Shown here in pieces: positions 17,871 to 28,917 of a DNA stretch of 64,000 bases; position 1 is the first letter of the stretch; each line of letters begins with the position of its first letter. Location: contig OY760074.1 of the NCBI GenBank assembly GCA_963663035.1, positions 96,001 through 160,000 of the forward strand, in the 5' to 3' direction. Origin of the DNA: Acidobacteriota bacterium. Lineage in GTDB: Bacteria > Acidobacteriota > UBA6911 > RPQK01 > JADFOI01. The notes under the pieces were generated by a model that saw nothing but the letters and a program-made list of their open reading frames with translations, was not told the origin of the DNA and made no database searches. The translations under genes and the position numbers were made by a program.

Positions 17871-19511
17871 ATGAACCGAATAGTCTACTCAGCATCGCTG
17901 TTGTGTGCGATTTCTGTATTGGTTACGTTCGGCTGCAGCGGATTGGGAGGAGATGAAGTCCTGTCGGAAGCGCAAGCCGCTTGTCAGGCCTTGACGGGGA
18001 CACGGAACTTAACCATTACCTCGGCCCGCTTGGTGGAGGCCACGGATTCGACTCCCCAGTATTGCTACGTCAAAGGAGTCATCTCACCTGCCATCGTCTA
18101 TCATGTGCAACTGCCCTTGCCTGAGAACTGGAATGGGCGATTTCTGAAGTGGGGAGATGGCGGCAAGGACGGGGACCTGGATTTTGCCGATCACCGGCTG
18201 GCCGAAGGTTACGCGGTGGCCAACAGCAATACCGGTCATGACAATGGAGCGGAACCGGGATCTACCTTCGGTTTCAACAACCGCCAGGCGGAAATTGATT
18301 TTGGCTACCGGGCGGTGCATCTCACCAGCAACGCAGCCAAGACTGTCATTGACGCCTATTACGATCAGGCTCCTGAATACTCCTACTTCGAGGGTTGCTC
18401 AACGGGTGGAATGCAGGGCCTGACAGAAGCGCAACGATTCCCCTATGACTTTGACGGGATCGTAGCGGGCGCACCGGTGCATAACTACCAGGCCTTGAAT
18501 ATCAGCCATGTCTGGAAGTACCAAAGGCTGTATCAGAATGACTTCGCGGGCAACTTGGCTTTCGACAGCAACGGTGATGGTTCCCTGGACAGCCTCACCA
18601 AGCATGAGATCCTGACGGAAGCGGTTATGGCCAAATGCGATGCCAATGACGGGATCACCGACGGCGTCATTGATAATCCACTCAGCTGCGATTTTAAGCC
18701 CGAGGTGGATCTGGCTGAGATGATGTGCGCCGGGAATGTGAACGCCGACGACTGCTTTACCACTGCGCAGGTACAGACCATTCAGGATATCTATTCCGGT
18801 GCCTACGACTCCAAGGGGGTTTCTGTTTTAAAGGGATTAGCTCTGGGTTCGGAAGCCGGGTGGTCAGGTTCCCTCATTCCCCATGCGGGTAATGGCATGA
18901 GATCTCCCAGTGATCACATCAACTTTCTCTTCTATGAAAACGACCCCGGTGTCCGAACGCCCAAGCCCAATGATCTCTCCCTCATCCCCGATCGAACAAG
19001 CGTGCCGCCCGAGTGGTCCTGGTTTCAGTTCGATATTGACCAGTACACGGCAGGTCAGGGCGATTTGATGAAAGCGATCACCGACGCCACCGACCCGGAT
19101 CTAGAGCGATTTCTCGTCAAGAACAACGGCAAGCTCATCCTGTACCACGGCTGGAGTGATCCGGCCAGTCACTCCGAGCCTACGGTTGATTACTACAAGG
19201 ATGTTGTGAGCACCACCTTCGGGGGAGAAATCGAGACCGCCAGGGATCACTCCAGGCTGTTCATGGCGCCAGGGATGACCCACTGCGGGGGTGGGACTGG
19301 TCCCAACAACTGGGATAAGTTAGCCTCGCTGGTGGATTGGGTGGAAAATGGCAATGCCCCCGACTTTGTCATCGCCACCCACAGCACCGATGGGGTGGTC
19401 GATAACGAGCGGAGAATCTGCGCCTATCCGGAGTTGGCCGTTTACAGCGGTCCTGCCGGTGGGGCAAACGATTCCGCCAACTGGGTGGAGAGCAACTTTA
19501 CCTGTCAGTGA
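17871..19511 (+). CDS. Tannase/feruloyl esterase family lipoprotein
   Basis: Lipobox-like TFGC, GCSTGG, YHGWSD and PGMTHCGGG. Confidence 0.9.
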   Translation: MNRIVYSASLLCAISVLVTFGCSGLGGDEVLSEAQAACQALTGTRNLTITSARLVEATDSTPQYCYVKGVISPAIVYHVQLPLPENWNGRFLKWGDGGKDGDLDFADHRLAEGYAVANSNTGHDNGAEPGSTFGFNNRQAEIDFGYRAVHLTSNAAKTVIDAYYDQAPEYSYFEGCSTGGMQGLTEAQRFPYDFDGIVAGAPVHNYQALNISHVWKYQRLYQNDFAGNLAFDSNGDGSLDSLTKHEILTEAVMAKCDANDGITDGVIDNPLSCDFKPEVDLAEMMCAGNVNADDCFTTAQVQTIQDIYSGAYDSKGVSVLKGLALGSEAGWSGSLIPHAGNGMRSPSDHINFLFYENDPGVRTPKPNDLSLIPDRTSVPPEWSWFQFDIDQYTAGQGDLMKAITDATDPDLERFLVKNNGKLILYHGWSDPASHSEPTVDYYKDVVSTTFGGEIETARDHSRLFMAPGMTHCGGGTGPNNWDKLASLVDWVENGNAPDFVIATHSTDGVVDNERRICAYPELAVYSGPAGGANDSANWVESNFTCQ

Positions 19512-19576
19512 GTGAAAGGCTTGAGATGGTCACCGAACCATCCCAACTTCTGCGTCATTCATAACATAGGCGGACC

Positions 19577-19834
19577 ATGAAAGTTATCATTCCACTAATT
19601 GGAGCTTTACTCATGGTCATCGGTCTCATTCGGGACGGGATGACCCTATTCAATACTCTTGCTGCTGTGGGTCTCCTTCTGTTCTGTTTGGGAGGGGCCA
19701 GTTATTTTCTTGCCTGGCCCCTCTCTCGAAATGAGGAGCAAAAGTGGCGCTTCAACCCGGACTTTGCCTGGTTGTCCATTTATCTAGTGGTTTTGGCCAC
19801 CAGTGCATTCTGGCTCCGGCTCCTGCTTCGATAA
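19577..19834 (+). CDS. Small membrane protein (3 TM)
   Basis: 85-aa hydrophobic ORF. Confidence 0.5.
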   Translation: MKVIIPLIGALLMVIGLIRDGMTLFNTLAAVGLLLFCLGGASYFLAWPLSRNEEQKWRFNPDFAWLSIYLVVLATSAFWLRLLLR

Positions 19835-19860
19835 GTCAGTTTCCTCATGGAGAAGAAGTC

Positions 19861-20076
19861 ATGATCAAGAATTTGTTCAAGGGGGCAGCGGTTGTGCTTG
19901 CAGTCTCGGAGATCATCGTGCTCTGGTTCCTCCTCACCTTGTCCGAACCCAATGGTCGTCTTCCTGGCGGGCGCCTCAGCGGGGAAGAAGTCACGGGACG
20001 TGTGACGGACTGGAGCTTCACCCGTGAGAATCGCCCACTGACCCTGGAGGTACGACCCTCCAATCCCTATTCCGTC
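19861..20076 (+). pseudogene. Hypothetical membrane protein truncated by IS3
   Basis: MIKNLF...PGGRLSGE..DWSF...RPSNPYSV runs into the IS3 left end. Confidence 0.65.
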
Positions 20077-20142
20077 TGACCTTGCCCCCTAAAACGAGTC
20101 CAGTTTGAATGTTAGGATTTCCGGTTTAGGAAGGAGGCAAGG

Positions 20143-20421
20143 ATGGCAGGGAAGCGGTTTAGGGCAGAACAGATCATCATGAAGCTGCGTGAGGCAGAGG
20201 TGGGTCTGGCCCAAGGACAGAGGGTGGGACAGGTGTCGAAGCAGATGGGGGTGAGCGAGCAGACCTACTACCGGTGGCGCAAAGAGTACGGAGGGCTCCG
20301 GTTGGACCAGGCCAAGAGGTTGAAGGTGTTGGAGAAGGAGAATACCCGGTTGAAGAAGCTGGTGGCGGATCTGTCTTTGGACAAGCAGATCCTGAAGGAA
20401 GTGTCCTCGGGAAACTTCTAG
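20143..20421 (+). CDS. IS3 OrfA (HTH)
   Basis: [16 protein letters not shown] and [25 protein letters not shown] -1 slippery site near its end. Confidence 0.9.
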   Translation: MAGKRFRAEQIIMKLREAEVGLAQGQRVGQVSKQMGVSEQTYYRWRKEYGGLRLDQAKRLKVLEKENTRLKKLVADLSLDKQILKEVSSGNF

Positions 20422-21314
20422 GCCCGGCGAACAGGAGACGAGCGGTGATGTGGGTACGAGAGCGATTAGGAGCAGAGCAAGTCTCCGAACGTCGGGCCTG
20501 CCAAGTGCTGGGACAGGTTCGATCGACCCAGCGAAGGGAAAGGCAAATTCCCGATGATGAGGCCCGATTGGTGGCCCGGATGGTGGAGTTGGCTACGCAA
20601 TACGGGCGTTATGGCTACCGGCGGGTCACGGCGATACTTCATGGGGAAGGGTGGAAGGTGAATCCTAAGCGGGTGGAGAGGCTGTGGAGACAAGAAGGGC
20701 TGAAAGTCCCGTCCAGACAGCCGAAACGAAGGAGGCTGTGGCTTAATGACGGTTCCTGTGTTCGGTTACGAGCGGCTCGCAAGAACCACGTCTGGAGCTA
20801 TGATTTCGTGCATGAACGGACCCATGATGGGCGAGCCTTTCGGCTATTGACGATCCTGGATGAGTACACCAGAGAGTGCCTCGCCATTGATGTGAAACGG
20901 CAGATGAATCACCAAGACGTGTTGGACCGGCTGGCGGAGTTATTCGTTGATCGGGGAGTGCCTGAGTTTATCCGGTCCGATAACGGATCGGAGTTTACGG
21001 CACAGGCGGTCCGGGACTGGCTGCAGGCTGTTGGGGTAAGGACCTTGTACATCGAGCCGGGCAGCCCCTGGGAGAATGGGTACATTGAGAGTTTCAACGG
21101 GAAACTACGGGATGAGCTGCTGAACATGGAGATCTTCGACACGCTGGGGGAAGCCAAGGTGTTGGTAGAACGCTGGCGGAGGGATTACAATCAGATCCGG
21201 CCTCACAGCGCCTTGGCCTATCGGCCGCCGGCGCCAGAGGCCAAACTACCTAGGTCGCAGGCACTGGATCCAATCCCTTGGAGTGGACTTCAAATGGTCC
21301 CGGGTCTAGCATAG
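20409..21314 (+). CDS. IS3 OrfB (rve integrase core, expressed by -1 frameshift)
   Basis: [31 protein letters not shown] and RPHSAL. The start is approximate (frameshift site). Confidence 0.9.
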   Translation, partial: GKLLGPANRRRAVMWVRERLGAEQVSERRACQVLGQVRSTQRRERQIPDDEARLVARMVELATQYGRYGYRRVTAILHGEGWKVNPKRVERLWRQEGLKVPSRQPKRRRLWLNDGSCVRLRAARKNHVWSYDFVHERTHDGRAFRLLTILDEYTRECLAIDVKRQMNHQDVLDRLAELFVDRGVPEFIRSDNGSEFTAQAVRDWLQAVGVRTLYIEPGSPWENGYIESFNGKLRDELLNMEIFDTLGEAKVLVERWRRDYNQIRPHSALAYRPPAPEAKLPRSQALDPIPWSGLQMVPGLA

Positions 21315-21343
21315 AGGGTGGACTCGTTCGTGGGGGCAGGTCA

Positions 21344-22757
21344 TTCTGCAGTTCCACCCTCCGCAACCTCTCCAGAACAAGGTTCTGAGACGACCCAGCT
21401 CACTGTCCCTGATCTGCAGTCCAGCCTTCGAGCTTTCCTGGAGAATGAAATCTCGCCGCTAAACCTTCGAATCACTTATGAAGAGCTCCACCCCACCCAG
21501 GATGGACCCAGATTTGTGGTACACGGGACGGGGGAAATAGAACGGGAAGGAGAGGGAGCAGACGCCGGTGGGTACAACAAGTTAAGCGTCTTGAGCTTGG
21601 CTGAGATCGAGAACCTGGTCCGACTTCTCATTGACATTGAAGCTTGGGAGCAAAGGGTCCCTTGGCGTGAAACTGCCTCCGATGAGAGCCGAGCTTACCT
21701 CCGCGTGCAGGTGGGAGGAGCATCCTCCGAGATTTGGGAATGGTATGACGAGTTGGACAGTAACCTCCGGATTGTCAAGCTTCTTGATCAGTTGAAGAAA
21801 TTTGCCTTTCTGCAAGAGGACCCAGCTGTGGCGGTCAGAACGGCCAAAGCTCAGGTGAGAGAAGCGCCCCAGAGCAGGCCCTCCTCCACCTCCCGAGCTG
21901 ATGCCCCATCAGCGGCACCCAAAACGACAAGAAGCAGCCCAGACCAATCAGATAGGGTCGTATCCCAGCCTAGCGGGGAGGGGACTCAGCCTCAAGTGGC
22001 GGCTGGCCGCTCGACAGAAAGCCCGGATGACCCCACAAATGCTACGGTTGTCCTGGAAGGCGGGGAGAGAATTCCTGGCCTGGTGTCTGATCAGGAGATG
22101 AGCTCCGAGTTAATCGCCCTGGCCCAGAACGGTCAAAGCGAGGACCTTCAGGTCCTGCTCAATGCCGGTGCTGACCCCGATACCAGGGGCGAAGATGACG
22201 TCACCATTTTGATGGAGGCAGCCCGCCGAGGCCACACTGAAGCGGTGCGAGTCTTGCTGGATGTTGGTGCGGACGTGAATGCCAGGGATCGGATGGACCG
22301 TACTGCCTTGATGGAAGCTGCGGCTGAGGGCCACACCGACACGGTGGTGGTCTTGCTCGATCAAGGTGCGGAGGTGGACGCTGGTCAGGACCAGGGCTTT
22401 CCCCGTTCACTATTTCGAGCAGTGGGAACTGGACTGCGCTTCCTCGGTGGAATCGAGAGACCCAACTCCCAGGGCAGCTCAACTCCCCTTATGTTCGCGG
22501 CATCGAACGGTCACATTGACACCGTACAGCTTCTGCTCAGTCAAGGGGCCGATGTGCGTGCCAAGGACAATCAGGGTCGAACCAGCCTGATGATGGGGGC
22601 CAGCGCGGGCCACCTTGAAACGGTCCTGCTCTTGATCGAGGCCCGTGCCGAATTGAACGAGAAGGACAAACAGAATCATACTGCCCTCATGGAGGCAAGC
22701 CAGAACGGTCACTCTCAGATCGCACAATTTCTCAGGCGGGCTGGAGCTAAGGAATAG
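21344..22757 (+). pseudogene. Ankyrin-repeat protein, 5'-truncated by IS3
   Basis: Multiple TALMEAA..GH..V..LL..GA repeats. The frame opens inside the IS end. Confidence 0.8.
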
Positions 22758-22845
22758 CCCTCTCCTTGCCAGCTGTGCTTCGATTCGATACCCTCCGCTG
22801 TAACATTAGAGTTCAGAAACAATACCGAAGTGAGAAGGAGGATTT

Positions 22846-23253
22846 ATGAGTCAGGGAAAGGTTCGACTAGTCCTGTTAGTGCTGTTGGGCATCACGATCT
22901 TTGTGGCGGGATGGCTCACGGGACAACAGCGGGCAACGGCTGAGAAGACCACCGTTCACGCTGTTGCCTGGACCGCCGCTGAAGGGGCAACGGAACAGGG
23001 CCTGGCAGATTTCAAGAGAGCTACCGAAGAGATGATCACCGCGATGCCAGGATTAAAAAGAGCATGGGTAGGGGAACTTCGTCGACCCTTAGTTGTGGGA
23101 GACATCACCCGCACCCACGGCGTGATTTTGGAATTCGATGATCTGCAAAGCAGGGAGGACTATTCGAGCCATCCCAGCCGGGTCCCCTGGGCTGAAGCTT
23201 GGAATCAGGTGCGGGTGCCTCGCTCGACCAACTTTGACGTCAGCGGAGAATAG
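22846..23253 (+). CDS. Dabb (stress-responsive A/B barrel) family protein
   Basis: N-terminal TM, THGVILEFDD..REDYSSHP and AGGAGG RBS. Confidence 0.65.
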   Translation: MSQGKVRLVLLVLLGITIFVAGWLTGQQRATAEKTTVHAVAWTAAEGATEQGLADFKRATEEMITAMPGLKRAWVGELRRPLVVGDITRTHGVILEFDDLQSREDYSSHPSRVPWAEAWNQVRVPRSTNFDVSGE

Positions 23254-23256
23254 CCG

Positions 23257-23396
23257 CGGCTCTGTTTGAGCCTCGTCAGCTCCGTCAGAGCCGCAGGCTT
23301 CAGCCTGCGGGCCGTTCCCACATTTCCATTGCCTTCTAACCTCCTGAAGGTCTACTATCTACAGACAGTCTCGTTATGCAGTCTTGAAGGGGGAGT
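23257..23396 (+). repeat. REP-like hairpin + promoter/leader composite repeat
   Basis: CCGCAGGCT-TC-AGCCTGCGG hairpin followed by TTGCCT-N18-TACTAT. About 100 bp are shared with 43666-43784, and the leader is shared with 54845-54893. Confidence 0.8.
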
Positions 23397-23399
23397 TTC

Positions 23400-23468
23400 G
23401 TGCTCGGCAAGACCATCTCGCATTACAAGGTTCTTGAGAAAATTGGCCAGAAGGGTATCGGGAGGTGA
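23400..23468 (+). pseudogene. Ser/Thr kinase N-terminal stub
   Basis: GTG start encoding (M)[21 protein letters not shown], matching the kinase starts at 31726 and 51696. Confidence 0.8.
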
Positions 23469-23470
23469 AG

Positions 23471-25195
23471 ATGACAAGAAATGTGCCTGCGCTGTTTTTG
23501 TTGTTTCTTTTGGGGCTCTTCTCCCCTCCGGGATATTCCCAGGCAAGCCAATCGGTAACGTCTCTGCAGGATTTGCCCGCGGAAGTGCTGGCCTATCCTG
23601 AAATCGTTCTCTTCAATGGCAAGATCTTGACCGTGGATGAGGAGTTTTCAACGGTCGAAGCTCTGGCCATTCGAGGGGAGAGAATCTTGGCCGTTGGTGA
23701 TGATGCCAGGATCCTGAAGATGTTAGGGCCCCAGACACGGAGAATCGATCTTGAAGGTAAAACAGTACTTCCCGGCTTGATCGACACACACTATCACCTC
23801 AATGAGTACCCGGCCCGCCACATGCTGCTCACTGAAAAAGGGATCCAGTGGGAGGGGAATGTCGAGCTGCTGAGCGTGCTTTGGAAAGATGCCGCCCAGG
23901 CATTGCGCGACATCAAGCAAGCGGTGGATGCCGCAGGCCCGGGTGAACTGGTCCGAATCCCCAGCCGCAATCCCGATGTCGTCCAGGATGTGACCATGGA
24001 ACAGCTGGACTCAATCGCTCCGGACAATCCTGTGGTGATCGCTGCGGCAGTCCAGTTGCGCCCGGCGGCACTGAATTCAAAGGCCATACAATGGGCCGAG
24101 ATCCCTCCGGGTACACCCGGTTTACCCAGCGATGGTGCTGTCATGCTAACCGGCCCTGCTTCCGCCCTGGTGGCCCAGTATGTCAAGAGGGCCATGCCAG
24201 CCGAGAAGGTCATTTTCTGGCACAAGGAAACGATGGCCTTGGTCAATAGCTGGGGGTTGACCATGACGGTGACCCGAGTCACCCCTGATGACTTTAATTC
24301 TCTCCGCGAGATATGGCTCCAGGACCAGCTGACCGTCAGGTGGCGGATCGCCTTTCCCGGGCCTCTGGATATTCCCAACACGGGCAACGTCAGTGACATT
24401 GGGGACGATTGGCTGCGGATTTCAGGGGCGGGCGGGGGAGCTGTTCCGGGTTCAAGAGCTGCCTTTGGTCAATGGACGACCCAGGTGCCGATCACGGCTG
24501 AGGAGGTCGCCGGTTGGCCGCAAAGACGCCGCGACTTAGTGGAAGCTCTGCGTTATGGGTGGAGCGTCCCCAATAGTCACATCGTAGGCAATATTGCAGT
24601 TCGGGCGGTTCTGGACGCCATGGAGGAAGCACTGCAAGATCCCATTGTGAGGAGCTCCAACCAAAGATTAACCATGGACCACATGGTCGACCTGTTCTAT
24701 GAGGACTTCGCCAGAATCAAGGCCTTGGATGTGATCGCCAGCGTCAGGGTGAGGGATCTTTTCAGTGATGACCACTCCCTCGGCTCTTCCAGCCAGCAGG
24801 CGGTATTTGGTGCCGACTTTGTCAACAAAATGGCGCCTCTTCAGACCTACCTGGACAGCGGAATTCGCACCACGGTGGAAGGCGATATGGGCGACGAAAT
24901 GCTGGGCAGACCGCTCTGGACCATTGGGAAAGCGGTGTGTCGCTGCGTCGATGGGTCCACCCGGATTTGGAATGAAGGTCAAAAGGTTTCCCGCCAGGAT
25001 GCTCTTCGCATGAAGACAACCTGGGCGGCTGAGTACGTGGGAGATGAGAAGAAACTGGGGAGTCTGGAAGCGGGGAAACTGGCCGACCTGGTGGTTGTGG
25101 ATGGGGATTATATGACTGTGCCGGAGGATCAGATCTCTGAACTGGAGGTTGTTTTGACCATCGTGGGAGGTAAGGTCGTTCATTCCAGTAACTAA
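23471..25195 (+). CDS. Secreted amidohydrolase 3 (YtcJ-like)
   Basis: IDLEGKTVLPGLIDTHYH and GSLEAGKLADLVV. Confidence 0.88.
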   Translation: MTRNVPALFLLFLLGLFSPPGYSQASQSVTSLQDLPAEVLAYPEIVLFNGKILTVDEEFSTVEALAIRGERILAVGDDARILKMLGPQTRRIDLEGKTVLPGLIDTHYHLNEYPARHMLLTEKGIQWEGNVELLSVLWKDAAQALRDIKQAVDAAGPGELVRIPSRNPDVVQDVTMEQLDSIAPDNPVVIAAAVQLRPAALNSKAIQWAEIPPGTPGLPSDGAVMLTGPASALVAQYVKRAMPAEKVIFWHKETMALVNSWGLTMTVTRVTPDDFNSLREIWLQDQLTVRWRIAFPGPLDIPNTGNVSDIGDDWLRISGAGGGAVPGSRAAFGQWTTQVPITAEEVAGWPQRRRDLVEALRYGWSVPNSHIVGNIAVRAVLDAMEEALQDPIVRSSNQRLTMDHMVDLFYEDFARIKALDVIASVRVRDLFSDDHSLGSSSQQAVFGADFVNKMAPLQTYLDSGIRTTVEGDMGDEMLGRPLWTIGKAVCRCVDGSTRIWNEGQKVSRQDALRMKTTWAAEYVGDEKKLGSLEAGKLADLVVVDGDYMTVPEDQISELEVVLTIVGGKVVHSSN

Positions 25196-25204
25196 GCCCG
25201 GACA

Positions 25205-27385
25205 ATGAAGCGAAGCCCCAGTGGCGGCGGATGGCCAGCCGTGCGATATGCCTGGCAGAAGAGCCAGCAAGTCGGTGGCCTTTTGCCAATGTGGAAGGCC
25301 TTGCGCACCAAGAATGCCTGCAAGACCTGTGCGCTGGGCATGGGTGGGCAAAAAGGGGGGATGGTCAACGAGATCGGTGGCTTTCCCGAAGTCTGCAAGA
25401 AATCCCTGCAGGCCATGGCCGCAGACATGCAGGGTGCAATCAAACCGGAGTTCTGGAGTACCTACTCCATTGAGGAACTCAGGAATCTCTCACCTCGCCA
25501 ACTCGAGTCGTGTGGTCGGCTGGTTCAGCCGGTGCTCTATAGGCGCGGCCAGAAATATTACCGCCCCATAGAGTGGCCCCAGGCCATGGAACTGATCGTC
25601 GCCAAACTCAAGAGTCTCCCCGCCCGGCAAACCTTTTGGTACTTCAGCGGACGCAGTTCCAATGAGGCGGGGTTTCTGCTGCAGCTCTTCGCCCGACTGT
25701 ATGGGACCAACAATGTGAACAACTGCAGCTACTACTGCCACCAGGCCAGCGGGGTGGGACTGACCCGTTCTTTGGGCAGCGGTACCGCCACCATTTTGTT
25801 GGAGGACCTGGAATGCGCCGATCTGGTTTTTGTCATCGGCGGCAATCCGGCCAGCAACCATCCGCGCCTGATGACCAGCCTGATGCGTGTGCGACGGCGC
25901 GGTGGCGAGGTGATCGTGGTCAACCCGGTGGTGGAAGCCGGGCTGGTGGAGTTTCGGGTACCCAGCAACCTGCGCAGCCTGTTGTTTGGGACCCAGATCG
26001 CCACCCTCTATATTCAACCCCATGTGGGGGGAGACCTGGCGCTGCTCAGCGGGATCGCCAAGCGGATTGATGAGATGGGGGCACAGGACGAAGCGTTTCT
26101 CCGCACCCATTGTGAGAATTATGACGAGTGGATCGGGCACCTGCGGAAAATCCCCTGGAGCGAAATCTGCACCAAGTCGGGCGTACGACAATCCGAGATC
26201 GACCAGATCGCCGAGAAGTACGCAGCGGCCAGGAAGGTTGTTTTCAGTTGGACTATGGGGATTACCCATCATGCCCATGGCGTCCAGAATGTGCAGGCGA
26301 TTGCCAATCTGGCCTTGATGCGAGCCATGGTGGGACGCCCTCACGCCGGTTTGTTGCCTATTCGCGGCCATTCCAATGTACAGGGCATTGGCAGTGTGGG
26401 AGTGACGCCAAAGCTCAAGCGTCAGATCTTTGAACGTTTGCAGAACCACTTTGACGTGGAACTGCCGGTTGATGAGGGTCTGGACACACTGGGATGTATC
26501 GAGGCTTCCTATGCTGGCCGGTTGAAAATGGGATTCTGTCTGGGGGGGAACTTGTACGGCTCCAACCCGGATGCCCGCTATACTGGCGAGGCCCTCTCTC
26601 GGCTCGACATGCAGGTTTACCTGAGCACCACACTTAACACCGGACATGCTCACGGACTGGCTGAAGAGACACTGATTCTTCCCGTACGGGCACGTGACGA
26701 GGAAGCGCAGCCGACAACCCAGGAATCGATGTTTAACTTTGTTCGGCTGAGCGACGGTGGTCCGCCACGCCACCTCGGTCCGCGCGGAGAAGTTGAAATC
26801 ATTGCTGAGATTGCAGAGGGCGTACTGAGCAGCGGCGGACCCATCGACTGGCAGTCCATGGGCAACACCGGCCGTATCCGTGAAGCCATTGCCAAAGTGA
26901 TTCCCGGCTTTGAAAAGATGGGCAGGATCGACAAGACCAAAGAGGAGTTCCAGATCGAGGGCCGCACCTTCCACACCCCTCGCTTTCCCACCGATTCCGG
27001 CCGCGCGGTATTGAGCCCCCATGACCTGCCTGAACTGCAAGGCCGTGCTGGAGAGCTGCGGCTCATGACCGTACGGAGTGAGGGACAGTTCAACACGGTG
27101 GTCTACGAAGAGGAAGACCTGTACCGTGGTCAGGACCGCCGCGATGTCATCCTGGTCAATCCTCAAGACATCAAACGGTTGGGTCTCACCGAGAATGAAC
27201 GCGTGACGGTCCACAGCGAGATCGGATCGATGTCCGGCATTCTGGTGCGGCCCTTTCCTCAGATCAAGGCTGGCAATGCGCTGATGTACTACCCGGAGGC
27301 CAATCAGTTGGTGGCGCGCCACACCGACAAGTTGTCGCGGACGCCCGCCTTCAAGGGTGGTGTGGTCACCCTTGACAGAGATTAG
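25205..27385 (+). CDS. FdhF/YdeP-family molybdopterin oxidoreductase
   Basis: SGGGWPA, YFSGRSSNEAGF, NNCSYYCHQAS, NPASNHPR, RGHSNVQG and TVRSEGQFNT. Confidence 0.9.
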   Translation: MKRSPSGGGWPAVRYAWQKSQQVGGLLPMWKALRTKNACKTCALGMGGQKGGMVNEIGGFPEVCKKSLQAMAADMQGAIKPEFWSTYSIEELRNLSPRQLESCGRLVQPVLYRRGQKYYRPIEWPQAMELIVAKLKSLPARQTFWYFSGRSSNEAGFLLQLFARLYGTNNVNNCSYYCHQASGVGLTRSLGSGTATILLEDLECADLVFVIGGNPASNHPRLMTSLMRVRRRGGEVIVVNPVVEAGLVEFRVPSNLRSLLFGTQIATLYIQPHVGGDLALLSGIAKRIDEMGAQDEAFLRTHCENYDEWIGHLRKIPWSEICTKSGVRQSEIDQIAEKYAAARKVVFSWTMGITHHAHGVQNVQAIANLALMRAMVGRPHAGLLPIRGHSNVQGIGSVGVTPKLKRQIFERLQNHFDVELPVDEGLDTLGCIEASYAGRLKMGFCLGGNLYGSNPDARYTGEALSRLDMQVYLSTTLNTGHAHGLAEETLILPVRARDEEAQPTTQESMFNFVRLSDGGPPRHLGPRGEVEIIAEIAEGVLSSGGPIDWQSMGNTGRIREAIAKVIPGFEKMGRIDKTKEEFQIEGRTFHTPRFPTDSGRAVLSPHDLPELQGRAGELRLMTVRSEGQFNTVVYEEEDLYRGQDRRDVILVNPQDIKRLGLTENERVTVHSEIGSMSGILVRPFPQIKAGNALMYYPEANQLVARHTDKLSRTPAFKGGVVTLDRD

Positions 27386-27391
27386 AGAGCA

Positions 27392-27431
27392 ATTTTGATT
27401 GCTTTTACGCCACCTCAAGATTTAGCATTGG
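27392..27431 (+). promoter_or_regulatory. Repeated promoter module D
   Basis: ATTTTGATTGCTT-N18-TAGCATTGG with the CACCTCAAGA spacer seen in modules A and B. Confidence 0.7.
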
Positions 27432-27462
27432 GACCACTTGGTCAGGAAGTGGACGAGAGAAT

Positions 27463-28896
27463 ATGCACAAGGCAAGACAGATATCCTGGATTCTCTTGGG
27501 AGCGGTAACAGTTGCCCCATACCTTATACCAGCCTTCGCCCAGACAACCAACGATCCTTTTTCCACACCGATCGTCGCGGAGGAAGGCGTCATCAAGGTC
27601 GATTTCGTCGAGTTTGCCTCCATCCCCGACATAGACGGCGAGGCGGCGCGCGTGATGCTGCTGGTCGATGAGCCGGGCACGCGCCGCATGTTTGTCAATG
27701 ACATGCGCGGTCCGGTGTACAGCGTCAGCTACGACGGCCAGAGTGTTAAGCCGTATGTCGATGTCAACGCCGACAACTGGGGCGTCAGAGTCCAGTCGTC
27801 CGGCCGGGAGCGGGGCATGCAGAGCTTTGCCTTCCATCCACAGTTCGCTCAGGCCGGCACCCCGGGGTTCGGCAAGTTCTACATCTGGACCGACACCAGC
27901 AACACGGATCCGACGCCCGACTTCGTCCCTGGCGGAGGCGACAACACGCACGACACGGTCCTGTTGGAATGGACCGCCCGCACTCCCGGCGCCGCAACCT
28001 ATGATGGAGGCGCTCCGCGCGAAGTGCTCCGCTTCGAGCAACCCTTCCGCAACCACAACGGCGGTCAGATCGGGTTCAACCCGCTGGCTTCGCCCGCTGA
28101 TGCGGAGTTCGGCCTGCTCTACATCGGCGTCGCCGACGGTGGCAGCGGCGGTGATCCGCTCAACCTGGCGCAGAACCTCAACGCGGGTTTCGGGAAGATC
28201 ATGCGTATCGACCCGCTCGGGTCCAACAGCGCCAACGGCGAGTACGGGATCCCAGCTGACAATCCGTTCGCCAACGACGGCGACGACACCACTCTGGCTG
28301 AGATCTACGCCTATGGCACTCGTAATCCCCAGCACTTTGCCTGGGATTCCGCCAACGGCAATATGTTCTTCACGGAGATCGGCCAGAGCATCGTCGAGGA
28401 GGTCAGCCTGGTCACCGCGGGCGCCAACTTTGGCTGGAACGACTGGGAGGGCAGCTTCGAATTCATCAGCCGTTCCGAAGTGCGTCTCACCAACCAGCGC
28501 GGTGATCCCAGTGTCACCTATCCCCTGGCCGAGTACGACCACCGCGACCCGCTCCTGCAGGGAAGGTCCGCGGCCACCGGTGTTCACGTGTACCGCGGAA
28601 GCGCCATCCCACAGCTGGCCAACCGCGTGTTGTGGGGCGACTTGCCCAGCGGAGAGATCTTTTATTTCGACGCCGACAATTTGCCCAGTGGTGGACAGGC
28701 GGCCGTCCGCCGCGTTTTGCTCCTCCGCGATGGCGTAGGAAAGACGCTGCTCCAGCTCATCCAGGAGAAGAATCGCCAACAGGGCAAGGAAGCGGCTGCG
28801 CGTGTGGACCTGCGCATCGGTGCGGGACCGGATGGACAAGTGTTCATTATGAATAAGCACGACGGCACCATCCGTCTGCTGGTTCCCGGGAAGTAG
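27463..28896 (+). CDS. PQQ-dependent glucose/sorbosone dehydrogenase-like protein
   Basis: AFHPQF, NHNGGQIGF, GKIMRIDP, IPADNPF, EIYAYGTRNP and GANFGW. Confidence 0.85.
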   Translation: MHKARQISWILLGAVTVAPYLIPAFAQTTNDPFSTPIVAEEGVIKVDFVEFASIPDIDGEAARVMLLVDEPGTRRMFVNDMRGPVYSVSYDGQSVKPYVDVNADNWGVRVQSSGRERGMQSFAFHPQFAQAGTPGFGKFYIWTDTSNTDPTPDFVPGGGDNTHDTVLLEWTARTPGAATYDGGAPREVLRFEQPFRNHNGGQIGFNPLASPADAEFGLLYIGVADGGSGGDPLNLAQNLNAGFGKIMRIDPLGSNSANGEYGIPADNPFANDGDDTTLAEIYAYGTRNPQHFAWDSANGNMFFTEIGQSIVEEVSLVTAGANFGWNDWEGSFEFISRSEVRLTNQRGDPSVTYPLAEYDHRDPLLQGRSAATGVHVYRGSAIPQLANRVLWGDLPSGEIFYFDADNLPSGGQAAVRRVLLLRDGVGKTLLQLIQEKNRQQGKEAAARVDLRIGAGPDGQVFIMNKHDGTIRLLVPGK

Positions 28897-28917
28897 CGAC
28901 TTGGCGGAGAAGAGTAC

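Larger units (their letters stand above)
20077..21343 (+). mobile_element. IS3-family insertion sequence, copy 1
   Basis: TG...CA ends with IRs TGACCTTGCCCCCTAAAACGAGTCCA / TGGACTCGTTCGTGGGGGCAGGTCA, enclosing orfA and orfB. No TSD (gtc vs ttc). Confidence 0.95.
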
